Of a stretch of 64,000 nt of DNA, positions 37,932 through 47,436 are shown piece by piece. The DNA is from Candidatus Omnitrophota bacterium (GTDB lineage Bacteria > Omnitrophota > Gorgyraeia > Duberdicusellales > 4484-171), in the NCBI GenBank assembly GCA_037146775.1, contig JBAWWL010000009.1, positions 68,575-132,574 of the forward strand. The letters run 5' to 3'. Each line of letters starts with the position of its first letter. Positions within the stretch are counted from its first letter, which is position 1. The notes beneath the pieces are model-generated. The model saw only the letters and a list, made by a program, of their open reading frames with translations, did not search any database and was not told the origin of the DNA. The position numbers and the translations under genes are program-made.

Positions 37932-38236
37932 CGAATTCTTCCCCGGATATAGTTTACTATTTCCCAGGTAAAAATGCAGCAAAACGGTATGACAACAAAA
38001 AATAATATTTCTTCAATGGGCAGATTAATGATCCGTGCCGGCCACACACTGTGTGGATCAAATGACCAGTGTCCGCGATAAGTAGCAATCACATCCCAGC
38101 CGCCGAAAATAAACACAACCAGCGCTATAACCTTGAAAAGATTTAAACGGTTACGCCAAAAATGAAGCCCTGGCCAGAAACTGGCCAGTAAAGGAATGAT
38201 ACCGCTGGCTAGAAGCGCAAAAAAATATTTCGACAT
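37928..38236 (-). CDS. Lycopene cyclase domain protein (heterodimeric CrtYc-type subunit)
   Basis: WDVIAT.RGHWSFDP...LPIEEILFFVVIPF. Confidence 0.88.
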   Translation of the reverse strand: MSKYFFALLASGIIPLLASFWPGLHFWRNRLNLFKVIALVVFIFGGWDVIATYRGHWSFDPHSVWPARIINLPIEEILFFVVIPFCCIFTWEIVNYIRGRIR

Positions 38237-38318
38237 AGCTTTATTGTAGCGTTAGGGAAGCGATTTGCAACCATCAATTACATCTTGGTTTTATGGTAAA
38301 TCCGGTGTAAAATGTTTT

Positions 38319-39185
38319 ATGCACACCAAATACAAAAGCATAAAAAAAGGTTTTCTGCAAGCCAGAGCAATCACCAAAAAGCACGCAAAGACGTTTTATT
38401 TCGCCTCTTTATTTTTATCCAAAAAAAAACAATCCGCAGCATACGCGGTCTATGCCATATGTAGAATCAGCGACGAATCCGTAGACAACACCAGGCAATC
38501 CGGGCAAGATACAGCGCTTACGCGCATCAAAGAAAATATCGCAGCCGCCTATGCAAGTAATCCGCTCCAAGACGATTTGCTTAAAGCCTTTCGAAAAACA
38601 GTCAAAACATACCGCATTCCCAAACACTATTTTGATGAACTCATCGAAGGAATGGATATGGACACCCGCGTCAGCCGTTACGAAACCTTCCAGGAATTAT
38701 ACCGCTATTGCTATAAAGTCGCCGGCGTAGTCGGCCTGATTATGCTCAAAATTTTCGGCTACCAAAACCCGCAAGCCGAGGCTTACGCCGTTGATTTAGG
38801 GGTGGCTATGCAGCTTACCAATATTATCCGGGATATCGCTGAAGATTTCGAAAAAGGAAGGATTTATCTACCGGCTCATGACCTGCGTCAATTCGGTGTC
38901 TCGGAAAAAATGATAACCCAGGGAATTGTTGACGATAAATTCATAGCGCTCTTAAAATATCAGATTGAACGGGCCAGACACTACTACAAAACAGCCTCAA
39001 AAGGCATACCGCTCATCAGCGACAGAAACTGCCGCTTTGTAACTTTGGCAATGCAAGAGCTGTACTCAGGGATATTAGCTGCCGTAGAAAGGAATAACTA
39101 CGATGTTTTTTCGCAGCGTGCCCAGGTAAGCACCATAAAAAAAATTCTTACCGCCTCAAAAATCGCCTTACGCCAAGAATACTAA
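38319..39185 (+). CDS. crtB: Phytoene synthase
   Basis: AKTFYFAS, YAICRISDESVD, YCYKVAGVVG, MQLTNIIRDIAED..GRIYLP. Confidence 0.94.
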   Translation: MHTKYKSIKKGFLQARAITKKHAKTFYFASLFLSKKKQSAAYAVYAICRISDESVDNTRQSGQDTALTRIKENIAAAYASNPLQDDLLKAFRKTVKTYRIPKHYFDELIEGMDMDTRVSRYETFQELYRYCYKVAGVVGLIMLKIFGYQNPQAEAYAVDLGVAMQLTNIIRDIAEDFEKGRIYLPAHDLRQFGVSEKMITQGIVDDKFIALLKYQIERARHYYKTASKGIPLISDRNCRFVTLAMQELYSGILAAVERNNYDVFSQRAQVSTIKKILTASKIALRQEY

Positions 39186-40627
39186 AAGCCTCTTTCAATT
39201 AAATCAGCGGTTATCCGGGAACTGGCGATTACTACCGGTAATCCTCCTCCCGGTTGAACGCTCGCGCCTACGTAATGAAGATTTTTTATGCGCTGGTCGA
39301 AATTTGCCGGCCTAAAAAAAGCGCTCTGGGTAAGATTATGCGCCAGACCAAAGGTGGCGCCATATTTTATATTATAGCGGTCTAAAAAATCGCGAGGGTA
39401 AAAATGACGCTCCACCTCAATTAAATCTTCTAGATTGCTGCCAATAATTTTGCTAACTTTTTCAAAAATGGTCTTACGAAGCGCTTCTTCGGACGCCTCT
39501 ATATCGCTTTTAGCTTTCTTTAAATTAGGGACTGGAACTAAAATATATAAGATATCTTTACCTTGCGGGGCAAGAGACGAATCGGTCACCGTGGGTACAT
39601 GTATATAAAACGAGGGGTCATAAGGAACGTTTCCGGTTTTAAATATTTGGTCAAGATTAGCAACCAGATCTTTTGCGAAAAATAGATTGTGATGTTCCAA
39701 ACCTTTTACTTTCCGCTTCAGGCCAAGATAAATAAGATACACCGAGCAAGAATAACGGTAGGATTTAAGATTTCGCGATAAAAGACTTTCTTGTGCGTAA
39801 GCGTAGTCGGCATTTATCGCCACACTATCAAAGGATACATCTAAGCCGTTTGCGTTTATGGCAAGCGTACTTTTTTCCGGACGGATATTTTTTATTTCAC
39901 AGTTATAATGAAATTTAGCGCCGAAACGCTTAGCTAAGGCCTCAAGAGCGCGAGGGATTTCATACATACCGCCAAGGGGGTGGTAGATTTTTTGCACATG
40001 GTCAGTATAGGAAATAATACTGTAAAACGCCGGTGCCTCAAAAGGCGAGACGCCCATGAACATCGCTTCAAAAGTAAAAGCGTAACAAAGCTTTTCGTTA
40101 GGAAAGAATTCTTTTACCATATTCCAATAAGACTGAAACGGCCTTATATCTTTAAGCAATGGCCAGAGTAGCGGGTTAAAACAAGCCGAAGGCGTAAAAC
40201 AGCGATACAACAGGGGCCTCACCTTTTCGTATAATACCGTGGTAGCTTTTATGAATTTATCGAAACCTGCACTGCTACCTTTCTGAAGGCGCTCAATCTC
40301 TTCCCGGGTACGCACAGGATCACGGTACACCGTAAAGGTGTCGGAATCCGGATAAAAGAGTTTATAACTTACCTCTAACACTTTCAGACTAAGATGATCC
40401 TCCAGGCGTTCGTTGCAATAGGAAAAAACCTCTCCAAAGAAATCCGGCATAAGCACAAACGAAGGCCCCGTATCAAATTTAAAACCACCTTCGGTAATGA
40501 GATTATTGCGTCCACCGCAAGAAGGTAGCTTTTCAAAGACTTCTACCGGATAACCCTTATGAGCCAACCGGCTCGCTAAAGCTAATCCGCCCACACCACC
40601 GCCAACAATCGCAATCTTTTTTTTCAT
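39182..40627 (-). CDS. crtI: Phytoene desaturase (CrtI family)
   Basis: VGGGVGGL, FKFDTGPS, YHPLGGM, FYIHVP..TD.SLAP.G, GASVQPGGGLP. Confidence 0.93.
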   Translation of the reverse strand: MKKKIAIVGGGVGGLALASRLAHKGYPVEVFEKLPSCGGRNNLITEGGFKFDTGPSFVLMPDFFGEVFSYCNERLEDHLSLKVLEVSYKLFYPDSDTFTVYRDPVRTREEIERLQKGSSAGFDKFIKATTVLYEKVRPLLYRCFTPSACFNPLLWPLLKDIRPFQSYWNMVKEFFPNEKLCYAFTFEAMFMGVSPFEAPAFYSIISYTDHVQKIYHPLGGMYEIPRALEALAKRFGAKFHYNCEIKNIRPEKSTLAINANGLDVSFDSVAINADYAYAQESLLSRNLKSYRYSCSVYLIYLGLKRKVKGLEHHNLFFAKDLVANLDQIFKTGNVPYDPSFYIHVPTVTDSSLAPQGKDILYILVPVPNLKKAKSDIEASEEALRKTIFEKVSKIIGSNLEDLIEVERHFYPRDFLDRYNIKYGATFGLAHNLTQSAFFRPANFDQRIKNLHYVGASVQPGGGLPVVIASSRITADLIERGF

Positions 40628-41067
40628 AAAATACCTTTGGTTTTCTCCCAAGATTCTCTTGGCCCGGCTACCTCCAAAAACAACGGGTGGACACTTGTCC
40701 GTTTCGCCTTGATAAGTTCTTTATTCTTATTCTTATCTCTTATTTTTAGCTTTCTTGAAAGATGCGCACATTCAAAACAAATTTGTCCGCGCGAAACTTT
40801 TATTGGTTTGACCCGCCTAGAGAAACTTACGATTTTTTCCTTTCGAAAATCATACCCCCTCCTCCTGCTTTCTTTATAGATATGAGCGAGATAAAATCCT
40901 ATAGCGGAAACCGGATCGGGATGTTTTTTGAAACGCTCAAGCTGGGAATGATGGGTATAACCTTTTGTTTTCTTAAGCAGAACTTTCTGAGCAAGTAATG
41001 CTTCTCTCCAAAGAGCGAGAAGACCTTGACAGTCGAGATGGCGCGGGTGGATACTCCATAGCCGCAT
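40624..41067 (-). CDS. Pyrimidine-dimer DNA glycosylase / T4 endonuclease V family
   Basis: MRLWSIHPRHLD.QGLLALWREALLAQKVL...KGY.HHSQLERF. Confidence 0.88.
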   Translation of the reverse strand: MRLWSIHPRHLDCQGLLALWREALLAQKVLLKKTKGYTHHSQLERFKKHPDPVSAIGFYLAHIYKESRRRGYDFRKEKIVSFSRRVKPIKVSRGQICFECAHLSRKLKIRDKNKNKELIKAKRTSVHPLFLEVAGPRESWEKTKGIL

Positions 41068-41205
41068 AGATTAGCCTAATATATAAAAATTAGCAATTTT
41101 TATTCTAACAGAAATTTTTTTGCGTTGTTATTTTATGTTAGACCTGTACTTATAAAACAATCATTGGAACTTTATTTGCGGTAAGAATGAGCCTTTGGTG
41201 GTTTT

Positions 41206-41679
41206 CTAAAATTTATTCATGCTTACTTCAAATTGCCTTTCTCCATCGCTCAAAATAACCTTATCGGGTCTTATCTCAACTATTAAGTTTCCTTTGACTT
41301 TCTCTCCGACACTTAGGATCTCTCCGTTAATTACTGCTTTTGGATTTTTAGTATCCCAAATGATACCCGAAAGATTAATACTGGAATCCTCTTTTGCGGT
41401 GTTTGCTATTTGACTGCGCGTAAAGGGGTCTCTCCCTAACTTCAATCGATCCGATTCATTCTCAAGCCTATGATACAAAGATCCACCGCCCATGCCGCCG
41501 CCAGCAGAATCGTTTTGGACGGAAGGCAAAACCGCAGCGGAAGACGATTGCGCAATAAAGTTTTTCTGTTTCTTGCCGGCTTTTATGGCATTGACTACGG
41601 CAAATATTAAAATTATCACTAACAATATTACTACGCCAATTTTTATTTTATCCTGCGGCCCTAATTTCATTTCTAACAT
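41206..41679 (-). CDS. PilP/GspB-like type IV pilus assembly protein
   Basis: N-terminal TM, GRDPF, LSGIIWD..NPKAVING..VGEKV. Confidence 0.75.
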   Translation of the reverse strand: MLEMKLGPQDKIKIGVVILLVIILIFAVVNAIKAGKKQKNFIAQSSSAAVLPSVQNDSAGGGMGGGSLYHRLENESDRLKLGRDPFTRSQIANTAKEDSSINLSGIIWDTKNPKAVINGEILSVGEKVKGNLIVEIRPDKVILSDGERQFEVSMNKF

Positions 41680-41697
41680 ATCCGCTTGGCTCCTTAG

Positions 41698-42273
41698 TTA
41701 TGCTACTAAATATACATTAATTTCTATATAAATATCCAGTTTATTATCATTTTCCTGTTTCTTTTCTATCTGCAGTTTTTCTACGGTGATAAATGCTGAT
41801 AGAGACTTTTTTAAGGCCTCCATGTAACAAACGAAATCATAATAGCCACAACGCATTTTTATAGAAATTGGCATTTTGTAGCAAATTTTTCCTTCTATCT
41901 GCTGCGGGATATTGTTGTCATCCACAAAAGCCACCTTACGGCGCGGCTCCATGGAATTAATATCGACTTTCATGTCTCTCGCAATGTCTATAATCAATTT
42001 CAAGGTTTCTTCCTCTGTGGCGGGAAAATATCCGTTAAGTGTATTATACCGTCCTCTTAAAAACTCTATCCCCTCTTCAACAGTTTTACCATTTTTAGTA
42101 ATTGTTTCGACTTCCTGTTTTTGCGCCTCAATCTCTGCCAGCTGTACTTTAAGGGATTTTAGTGTTGCCTGTGTGGGTAAATATATGAATATCAAAAAAA
42201 TAAAAATAGTAAATATCCCCACACCTACAATAATCAGTATTTTTTTCTGAGAAATAGTCATATTCTGTACCAT
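41698..42273 (-). CDS. pilO: PilO-like type IV pilus assembly protein
   Basis: TM, coiled coil and ferredoxin-like domain (PISIKMRCGYYDFV.YM..L); follows pilM/N. Confidence 0.75.
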   Translation of the reverse strand: MVQNMTISQKKILIIVGVGIFTIFIFLIFIYLPTQATLKSLKVQLAEIEAQKQEVETITKNGKTVEEGIEFLRGRYNTLNGYFPATEEETLKLIIDIARDMKVDINSMEPRRKVAFVDDNNIPQQIEGKICYKMPISIKMRCGYYDFVCYMEALKKSLSAFITVEKLQIEKKQENDNKLDIYIEINVYLVA

Positions 42274-42281
42274 TATATTAC

Positions 42282-43976
42282 TTATTTTTTAGGCGTTTCC
42301 AGCCGCATGTCGCATTGTATCTCAAACTGCTGCACATTATTAGCATGCCTGGACGAAACCAAGTTCGCCTCCAGGATATAAGATGTTTTCTCAAGTTGCC
42401 CCATAAAACCGGTCAAAACATCTTCTATGGGCGTGCCTTCTTCTAAAATAATACCTTTTAAGGTCAGAAATTGTTTTTGCCGGTCAAAAAACAACCCGTC
42501 TAAAACCATTTCTTTCGGTATTAAGCTGCTTATAAGTTTTAGCAGTCCATACACAGGAGCCCTATCCCGTTGTATAGCAACCAAAAGTTTTTCTCTTACT
42601 TCTATCTTAGTATTTAAATCTTTAATTAATTCTATGATACTCAGTTGCAGCTTGGCATTAGCTACGCGTTTCTTATAGTCATTCACATGAAAGTTAGCAA
42701 TGAAAAGCAAGAATAAAAATACTGCCACAGAGGTAACGGCTATAATCCGAAAAAATGCTTTTTGTCTTACTTCTGTTTTTTGTGCCTTAATTTCATAAGG
42801 CACTAAGTTTATATAATCTTGCTTCATAAATGCAGCGCCCAAGGCACTGCTAAACTGGTTTAAATTTTTAAAAAAGTTTTCCTTATCTTTTTCCTGAATG
42901 ACAATGCACTCCGGCAAAGGCAGCGGTTCAATCCTGACATTAAGTTCACCGGCCAAATACGTGCTGAGGTTTCTCAGATTAGCGCCGCCGCCAGTGACGT
43001 AAAGCAAAGAAGGCTGGTCTTCTTTAGAATTAGCGGCAAAATAGTTAAGAGAAAGTCTTAACTCTTTTACTAAATTTTCTAACTGCGGCCGCATTAAAGA
43101 CAAAATGTAAATCGCCGGAATATTATCCTTCAATACCTCCGAATTATCCTGAGGAATCCCAAATTCTTTTTTTATCTCTTCTGCTTTTTCCAAAGAAAGT
43201 TCAATTTTGCCTTTATCCGACATAAGGGCGCCTGTCAACGATTGAGTAACCTTATCGGAAGAAAACGACAGGGTTCTCATAAAGCAGGGCTTATTGTCGC
43301 GGAAAACGCAAAGAGTTGATTCATTATAACCGATATCCAACACAGCAAATATATGCGCATTATCACTGCTGCAGTTTAGTATCTGGGTATAATTGATCAG
43401 GGGTACTGAAATTTTGGTGACAGAAAGGCCACAGCCGATGACAATAGCTAAATACTTATCAACAAACTCACGCTTGGCGAAAACACACACCACATCGCTT
43501 TTCTTTACGCCATTGGCATCTGTGTATTCGCGCAACACCCTGGTATCCATCAGGGCCTTTTCTATATCAAACTGCACATCATCCTTTAACTGCCATTTTA
43601 CCGCTTGCGGGATTTCTTTTTCAGGGATAGAGGAAAGAGTTATTAGCTTAATCACGAGGGAATCAGGACTGGATACAGTTAAAATAGCTTCTTTGGTAGA
43701 TACGTCATTCCTACGTAGAAAATCGCTGATAAAACTTTTTATTTCCGTCAATCCTTCCTGTCCGGATAATACCTTTTTTAAATCATAGGACAAAAGCACA
43801 GGGATCGCGCCTTTGTATCCAATATAAACGATTTTTACAAAAGACTCGCCCCAATCAATAGAAATAAGCTTTTTTTTGTGTGTGGCAAAATCAAGTTTAC
43901 CTAAACCGGAAAAAATAGCCTTAGAATTTGATGTCTTTTGAGGTAATCCCTTGATTTTTCCGCTAAATAATTTCAT
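42282..43976 (-). CDS. pilM: PilM-PilN fusion
   Basis: Actin-like motifs IDWG, LDIG, TGGGANL; then INLVP, TM and PilN-like domain. Confidence 0.85.
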   Translation of the reverse strand: MKLFSGKIKGLPQKTSNSKAIFSGLGKLDFATHKKKLISIDWGESFVKIVYIGYKGAIPVLLSYDLKKVLSGQEGLTEIKSFISDFLRRNDVSTKEAILTVSSPDSLVIKLITLSSIPEKEIPQAVKWQLKDDVQFDIEKALMDTRVLREYTDANGVKKSDVVCVFAKREFVDKYLAIVIGCGLSVTKISVPLINYTQILNCSSDNAHIFAVLDIGYNESTLCVFRDNKPCFMRTLSFSSDKVTQSLTGALMSDKGKIELSLEKAEEIKKEFGIPQDNSEVLKDNIPAIYILSLMRPQLENLVKELRLSLNYFAANSKEDQPSLLYVTGGGANLRNLSTYLAGELNVRIEPLPLPECIVIQEKDKENFFKNLNQFSSALGAAFMKQDYINLVPYEIKAQKTEVRQKAFFRIIAVTSVAVFLFLLFIANFHVNDYKKRVANAKLQLSIIELIKDLNTKIEVREKLLVAIQRDRAPVYGLLKLISSLIPKEMVLDGLFFDRQKQFLTLKGIILEEGTPIEDVLTGFMGQLEKTSYILEANLVSSRHANNVQQFEIQCDMRLETPKK

Positions 43977-44014
43977 ATTAAAAAAAATTACACCGATTAA
44001 CTAATCCCTGTCTA

Positions 44015-44072
44015 CCGGCCCTCGTCTTCCCGTCTCGCCTTCGGCTCGCCGAGGCGGACGCCGCGAGGTGAG
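44015..44072. repeat. 58-bp GC-rich nested-hairpin REP/MITE-like element, copy 1
   Basis: 56/58 identical to 46334-46391, same orientation. Confidence 0.9.
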
Positions 44073-44099
44073 CAAACAGATGTATAATCATCTATTTAA

Positions 44100-44321
44100 T
44101 TAACCGTGTGTCTTAAATAAATAATAGGAGACGAACAAACACAAAGCAGAAGCCAGCAGAAGTGAAATGCCTACCCCTATTTTTAAATTATAAATCTTTT
44201 CTTCCGTTGTTACAAGCACTTTATTGGTTACCGCTTCAAGTTTGCGCAATCTTTGCGGCAAAAACAAAAGCAAAATACCAAAAATGAACGCAACCGTTCC
44301 CGCACAGATTAAAAATAACAT
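44100..44321 (-). CDS. Small two-TM membrane protein in the pilus cluster
   Basis: AAGGAGG RBS before ATG 44321. Confidence 0.7.
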   Translation of the reverse strand: MLFLICAGTVAFIFGILLLFLPQRLRKLEAVTNKVLVTTEEKIYNLKIGVGISLLLASALCLFVSYYLFKTHG

Positions 44322-44342
44322 ATACACCTCCTTACTTTAGAA

Positions 44343-44418
44343 TGATTACGCAGATTCTTAAAAAAGATTACACAGATTAATTAATCAGTGTAATCTATAT
44401 TTTAATCGGTGTAATCAT
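44343..44418. repeat. Inverted GATTACRCMGATT element
   Basis: gattacgcagatt..gattacacagatta / taatcagtgtaatc..aatcggtgtaatc. Confidence 0.8.
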
Positions 44419-44437
44419 TATAAGCTTTACAGGATGT

Positions 44438-45673
44438 CTAGTATATCTCCTTCCAATCACTTGGCACATAAGCGCCCGGAACAAATGACGGTAAGCTGGC
44501 CAGTGACGACAATGCGTCGTCATGATGTATTGCTGACCCACCCCACATATTCATTGTATCACCGATAAATGAACCAAAGAGCCCTCCCTGGCCATGAAAA
44601 GTAAGGGCCCCGTTTGGAGCATAGACAGCTGCGTACATATCAGATTGCGAAGTAATAGCTATTGACTGCGACGTACCATTAGAACCATACATCTGAAAAT
44701 TGGAAGGTAAATAAGTAAGATTATTTATATCTCCTTTGATGTCTAGATTTCCAGCAAAATATACCACCACCGGCCCAGTGCTTGCGCTGGACACAACGAT
44801 AGCCCCGCCGCTTTTGACATCCATGGATGTGCTACCTGTAATATATATATTTGCCGGACCGGTTATTGTTATGGTATCCTTATTTTTAGGGGTGAATGCC
44901 GTATATTTATGATCACCAGTTATGGGGGTTGCCGTACTACTTATCGTACCTTCACCGGCAAGGCCTGTGAGTGAAGTTGGCACCACAACCGGCGGCAAAG
45001 TTACATTAGCATCATGAGCTATGCTCCCGGAAACAGCCGCAGCATTATTAAAAGTTCCTGATGGCCCGGTGGTAGCATTCCCGCCTATAGTAGCAGTGCC
45101 GCCAACAGTTATATCCGCATTCGTACCCACATCCCCGTGCAGACCAATATTTCCATCTACATTATATCTACCGATACTGGAATCATAGCTATCTGTAGCA
45201 GAATTGCCAGTCAAACCCGCTCCAATACTACTTCCTCCACCTGAACCGCCGCTGAATGATGCGTAGTTACCGAATAAGCTAGACTTCGTAACTTTAACAT
45301 ATACAACTCGTTTCGCTTGTTGCGTAGCTGTGCGCGAAGGAATATAGCCAATAGCAGTAATTTCCGGCGTAGTACCCGTGGGGCTGGCCATAGAGACATC
45401 ATAATCACCGTAGCCAGAAAGAGTTGCCTGTATTGTTTTGGGGTCGGTTCCGGACCAACCAGTCCAATCGGATTTGCTTAAAGCCAAAAGCCCCTTTTGG
45501 ATACCGGATTCAGCAAGATAAAAAGCCTGCTGGGACTGCATATAGTTTACGGAATTCATGGTGTTAGTACCTAAAAGAGAAACAATCGTTGCCGCCATAA
45601 CCGCGACTAAAAGCATAATCACCAAAGCAGCGATAATACTCACTCCTTTTTTGTTAGCCGCACAACGCATCAT
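44438..45673 (-). CDS. PilX-like minor pilin with large C-terminal beta-rich (adhesin-like) domain
   Basis: KKG-VSIIAALVIM, QAFYLAESGIQ, TDSYDSS, YAAVYAPNG. Confidence 0.8.
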   Translation of the reverse strand: MMRCAANKKGVSIIAALVIMLLVAVMAATIVSLLGTNTMNSVNYMQSQQAFYLAESGIQKGLLALSKSDWTGWSGTDPKTIQATLSGYGDYDVSMASPTGTTPEITAIGYIPSRTATQQAKRVVYVKVTKSSLFGNYASFSGGSGGGSSIGAGLTGNSATDSYDSSIGRYNVDGNIGLHGDVGTNADITVGGTATIGGNATTGPSGTFNNAAAVSGSIAHDANVTLPPVVVPTSLTGLAGEGTISSTATPITGDHKYTAFTPKNKDTITITGPANIYITGSTSMDVKSGGAIVVSSASTGPVVVYFAGNLDIKGDINNLTYLPSNFQMYGSNGTSQSIAITSQSDMYAAVYAPNGALTFHGQGGLFGSFIGDTMNMWGGSAIHHDDALSSLASLPSFVPGAYVPSDWKEIY

Positions 45674-46191
45674 TGTAACCTCCTTGGGCTGACACCGCTT
45701 TTAAGAGCTAGCTGCGTTCCGCCAAGAGAAAAAGTTAAATCAATCACAACCCTTTTTATATCAGTATCGCTAGGGTTAACCTGGGGCGTAGCTATTTGTG
45801 CGCCCGCGCTGTTGTAATAGGTAAAAGATAAAGAACTTACATTATCTGCCAATTGATTAGAAGTAGCCCCTATAGTGCGCATAAGATGGCCTGAGGAAAG
45901 GTTAAAGGTGATATCGTTATCATTAATATCGATAAAACGAAAAGTAGAGCCACTAGCGGTTATAACGCTTGCCTTGCTTTTTATCTGACGCATCTCGCGG
46001 ATCATCTTATCCATGGCAAGGTTTGCACTTTCCGACATAGTGTTGCGGTCTACGGCAAGCCGCCAACCGTCAACAACAGCAAACATAAGCGGCGCAGTGA
46101 CGGCAAAAGTAATACCTAAAAGCACGACAACGATAATAATTTCTAATAATGTAAACCCAGGTATTAATGGAAAATGCTTTTTCCCGCTCAT
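45670..46191 (-). CDS. PilW/GspJ-like minor pilin
   Basis: G-FTLLE prepilin motif; AMDKMIREMR; LADNVSSLSFTYY. Confidence 0.85.
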   Translation of the reverse strand: MSGKKHFPLIPGFTLLEIIIVVVLLGITFAVTAPLMFAVVDGWRLAVDRNTMSESANLAMDKMIREMRQIKSKASVITASGSTFRFIDINDNDITFNLSSGHLMRTIGATSNQLADNVSSLSFTYYNSAGAQIATPQVNPSDTDIKRVVIDLTFSLGGTQLALKSGVSPRRLQ

Positions 46192-46252
46192 TGATAATTA
46201 GTTGACAAGTATTGTAACATCGTTGACTTTAAATTAGAAATTATTAAAACCA

Positions 46253-46452
46253 TAAACACTAAACTCTAAATCCTAAATAAACTCAAAACTAAAAACTCAA
46301 AACGATAATGTTTTGAGTTTGTTTACCTGCCTGCCGGCCCTCGGCTTCCCGTCTCGCCTTCGGCTCGCCGAGGCGGACGCCGCGAGGCGAGTAGGCAGGG
46401 AGTTTAGGATTTCTGGTTTAGGGTTTGACATAATCTTGTTTCGAATTTCGAG
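46253..46452. repeat. TAAAYYC inverted element containing a CCTGCCTGCCGG...TAGGCAGG palindrome, itself containing copy 2 of the 58-bp GC element
   Basis: Three nested layers; inner copy at 46334-46391. Confidence 0.85.
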
Positions 46453-46497
46453 TTCAATGTTCAATAAATCTTTTTCGGGTAAACGATGCCTTGACGT

Positions 46498-46848
46498 TCA
46501 ATAATTAGTCTTTAGAAACGCGAGCCATACGCTGCCTATAGCAACGTGATAAACCCTGACCTCAACAATCTTGTTATCAGCGTTGACGCTGGTAATCGTA
46601 ACCTGATAGCTGTAACCGGAAAAATTTCCGCTGTAGCTTTGCAAAGATTCGTTGACCGCTCCGGCGAAACCTGTTCCTATAATCCGCTCAGCTTCTTTTT
46701 CAGCCAGAAGTGTTGCTACCGACATAACTCGCGGCTTATGGATATTTGAAAGGACCTGCTGCATGGTTACGGCCAGACCTAAAAATGATACGCCGACGAT
46801 GACAATTACCATAATGACTTCGACAAGAGTAAAAGATTTTTTATTCAT
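46498..46848 (-). CDS. PilV/GspI-like minor pilin
   Basis: MNKKS-FTLVE prepilin motif. Confidence 0.82.
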   Translation of the reverse strand: MNKKSFTLVEVIMVIVIVGVSFLGLAVTMQQVLSNIHKPRVMSVATLLAEKEAERIIGTGFAGAVNESLQSYSGNFSGYSYQVTITSVNADNKIVEVRVYHVAIGSVWLAFLKTNY

Positions 46849-46857
46849 TTTAATAAA

Positions 46858-47425
46858 AGATTGCACCGATTTTACGAAAGATTACACAGATTTCTAAACC
46901 AAAAACAATCTGTGCAATCTGTGATATACAGATTAAAACATAAACCGCTTTACCTGACAACTCTTATTGCCGAAATTAACCAATAAACCAACATGTAAGT
47001 CAGACACCTTTAAATACGAAAGTAACTGATATTTAAACACCTCTGGAGTATCACCGGTTAGAGCTTTAATTTCTACAATAACCTTGTCTAGTACGATCAA
47101 ATCTAACTTAAAAGAGCCTATTTTTTTATCTTGAAAAGAAACCGTAAATTCCTTTTCTGTTTGATATTCTAAACCTGCCGATTTTAATGCAAGCTTTAGT
47201 GCATTGTGATATATCTTTTCCTTAAAACCAGGCCCTAGCTCAGAGTGAACTTTAAAGCAACAAGAAATTATTTGCTCAGTCAAAGGATCTCTGCTATCCT
47301 TCTCCAGTTTTCCCCCTAAATCTGTGTAATCTATTAGGGCGTCACAAAAGTGCCGCCCTTGATTACGCAGATTAAAAATCCGATTACACAGATTAAAAAC
47401 ATCGTCGGTATTATCTGTGTAATCT
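46858..47425. repeat. GATTACACAGAT/ATCTGTGTAATC repeats on both sides of the GxxExxY gene
   Basis: Clusters at 46858-46936 and 47318-47425. Confidence 0.8.
46933..47283 (-). CDS. GxxExxY protein (PD-(D/E)XK nuclease-like fold)
   Basis: VHSELGPGFKEKIY, DLIV..KVIVEIKA, QLLSYLK, GLLVNFG; may start at CTG 47307 after GGGGGA. Confidence 0.92.
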   Translation of the reverse strand: MTEQIISCCFKVHSELGPGFKEKIYHNALKLALKSAGLEYQTEKEFTVSFQDKKIGSFKLDLIVLDKVIVEIKALTGDTPEVFKYQLLSYLKVSDLHVGLLVNFGNKSCQVKRFMF

Positions 47426-47436
47426 TTATGAAATAT

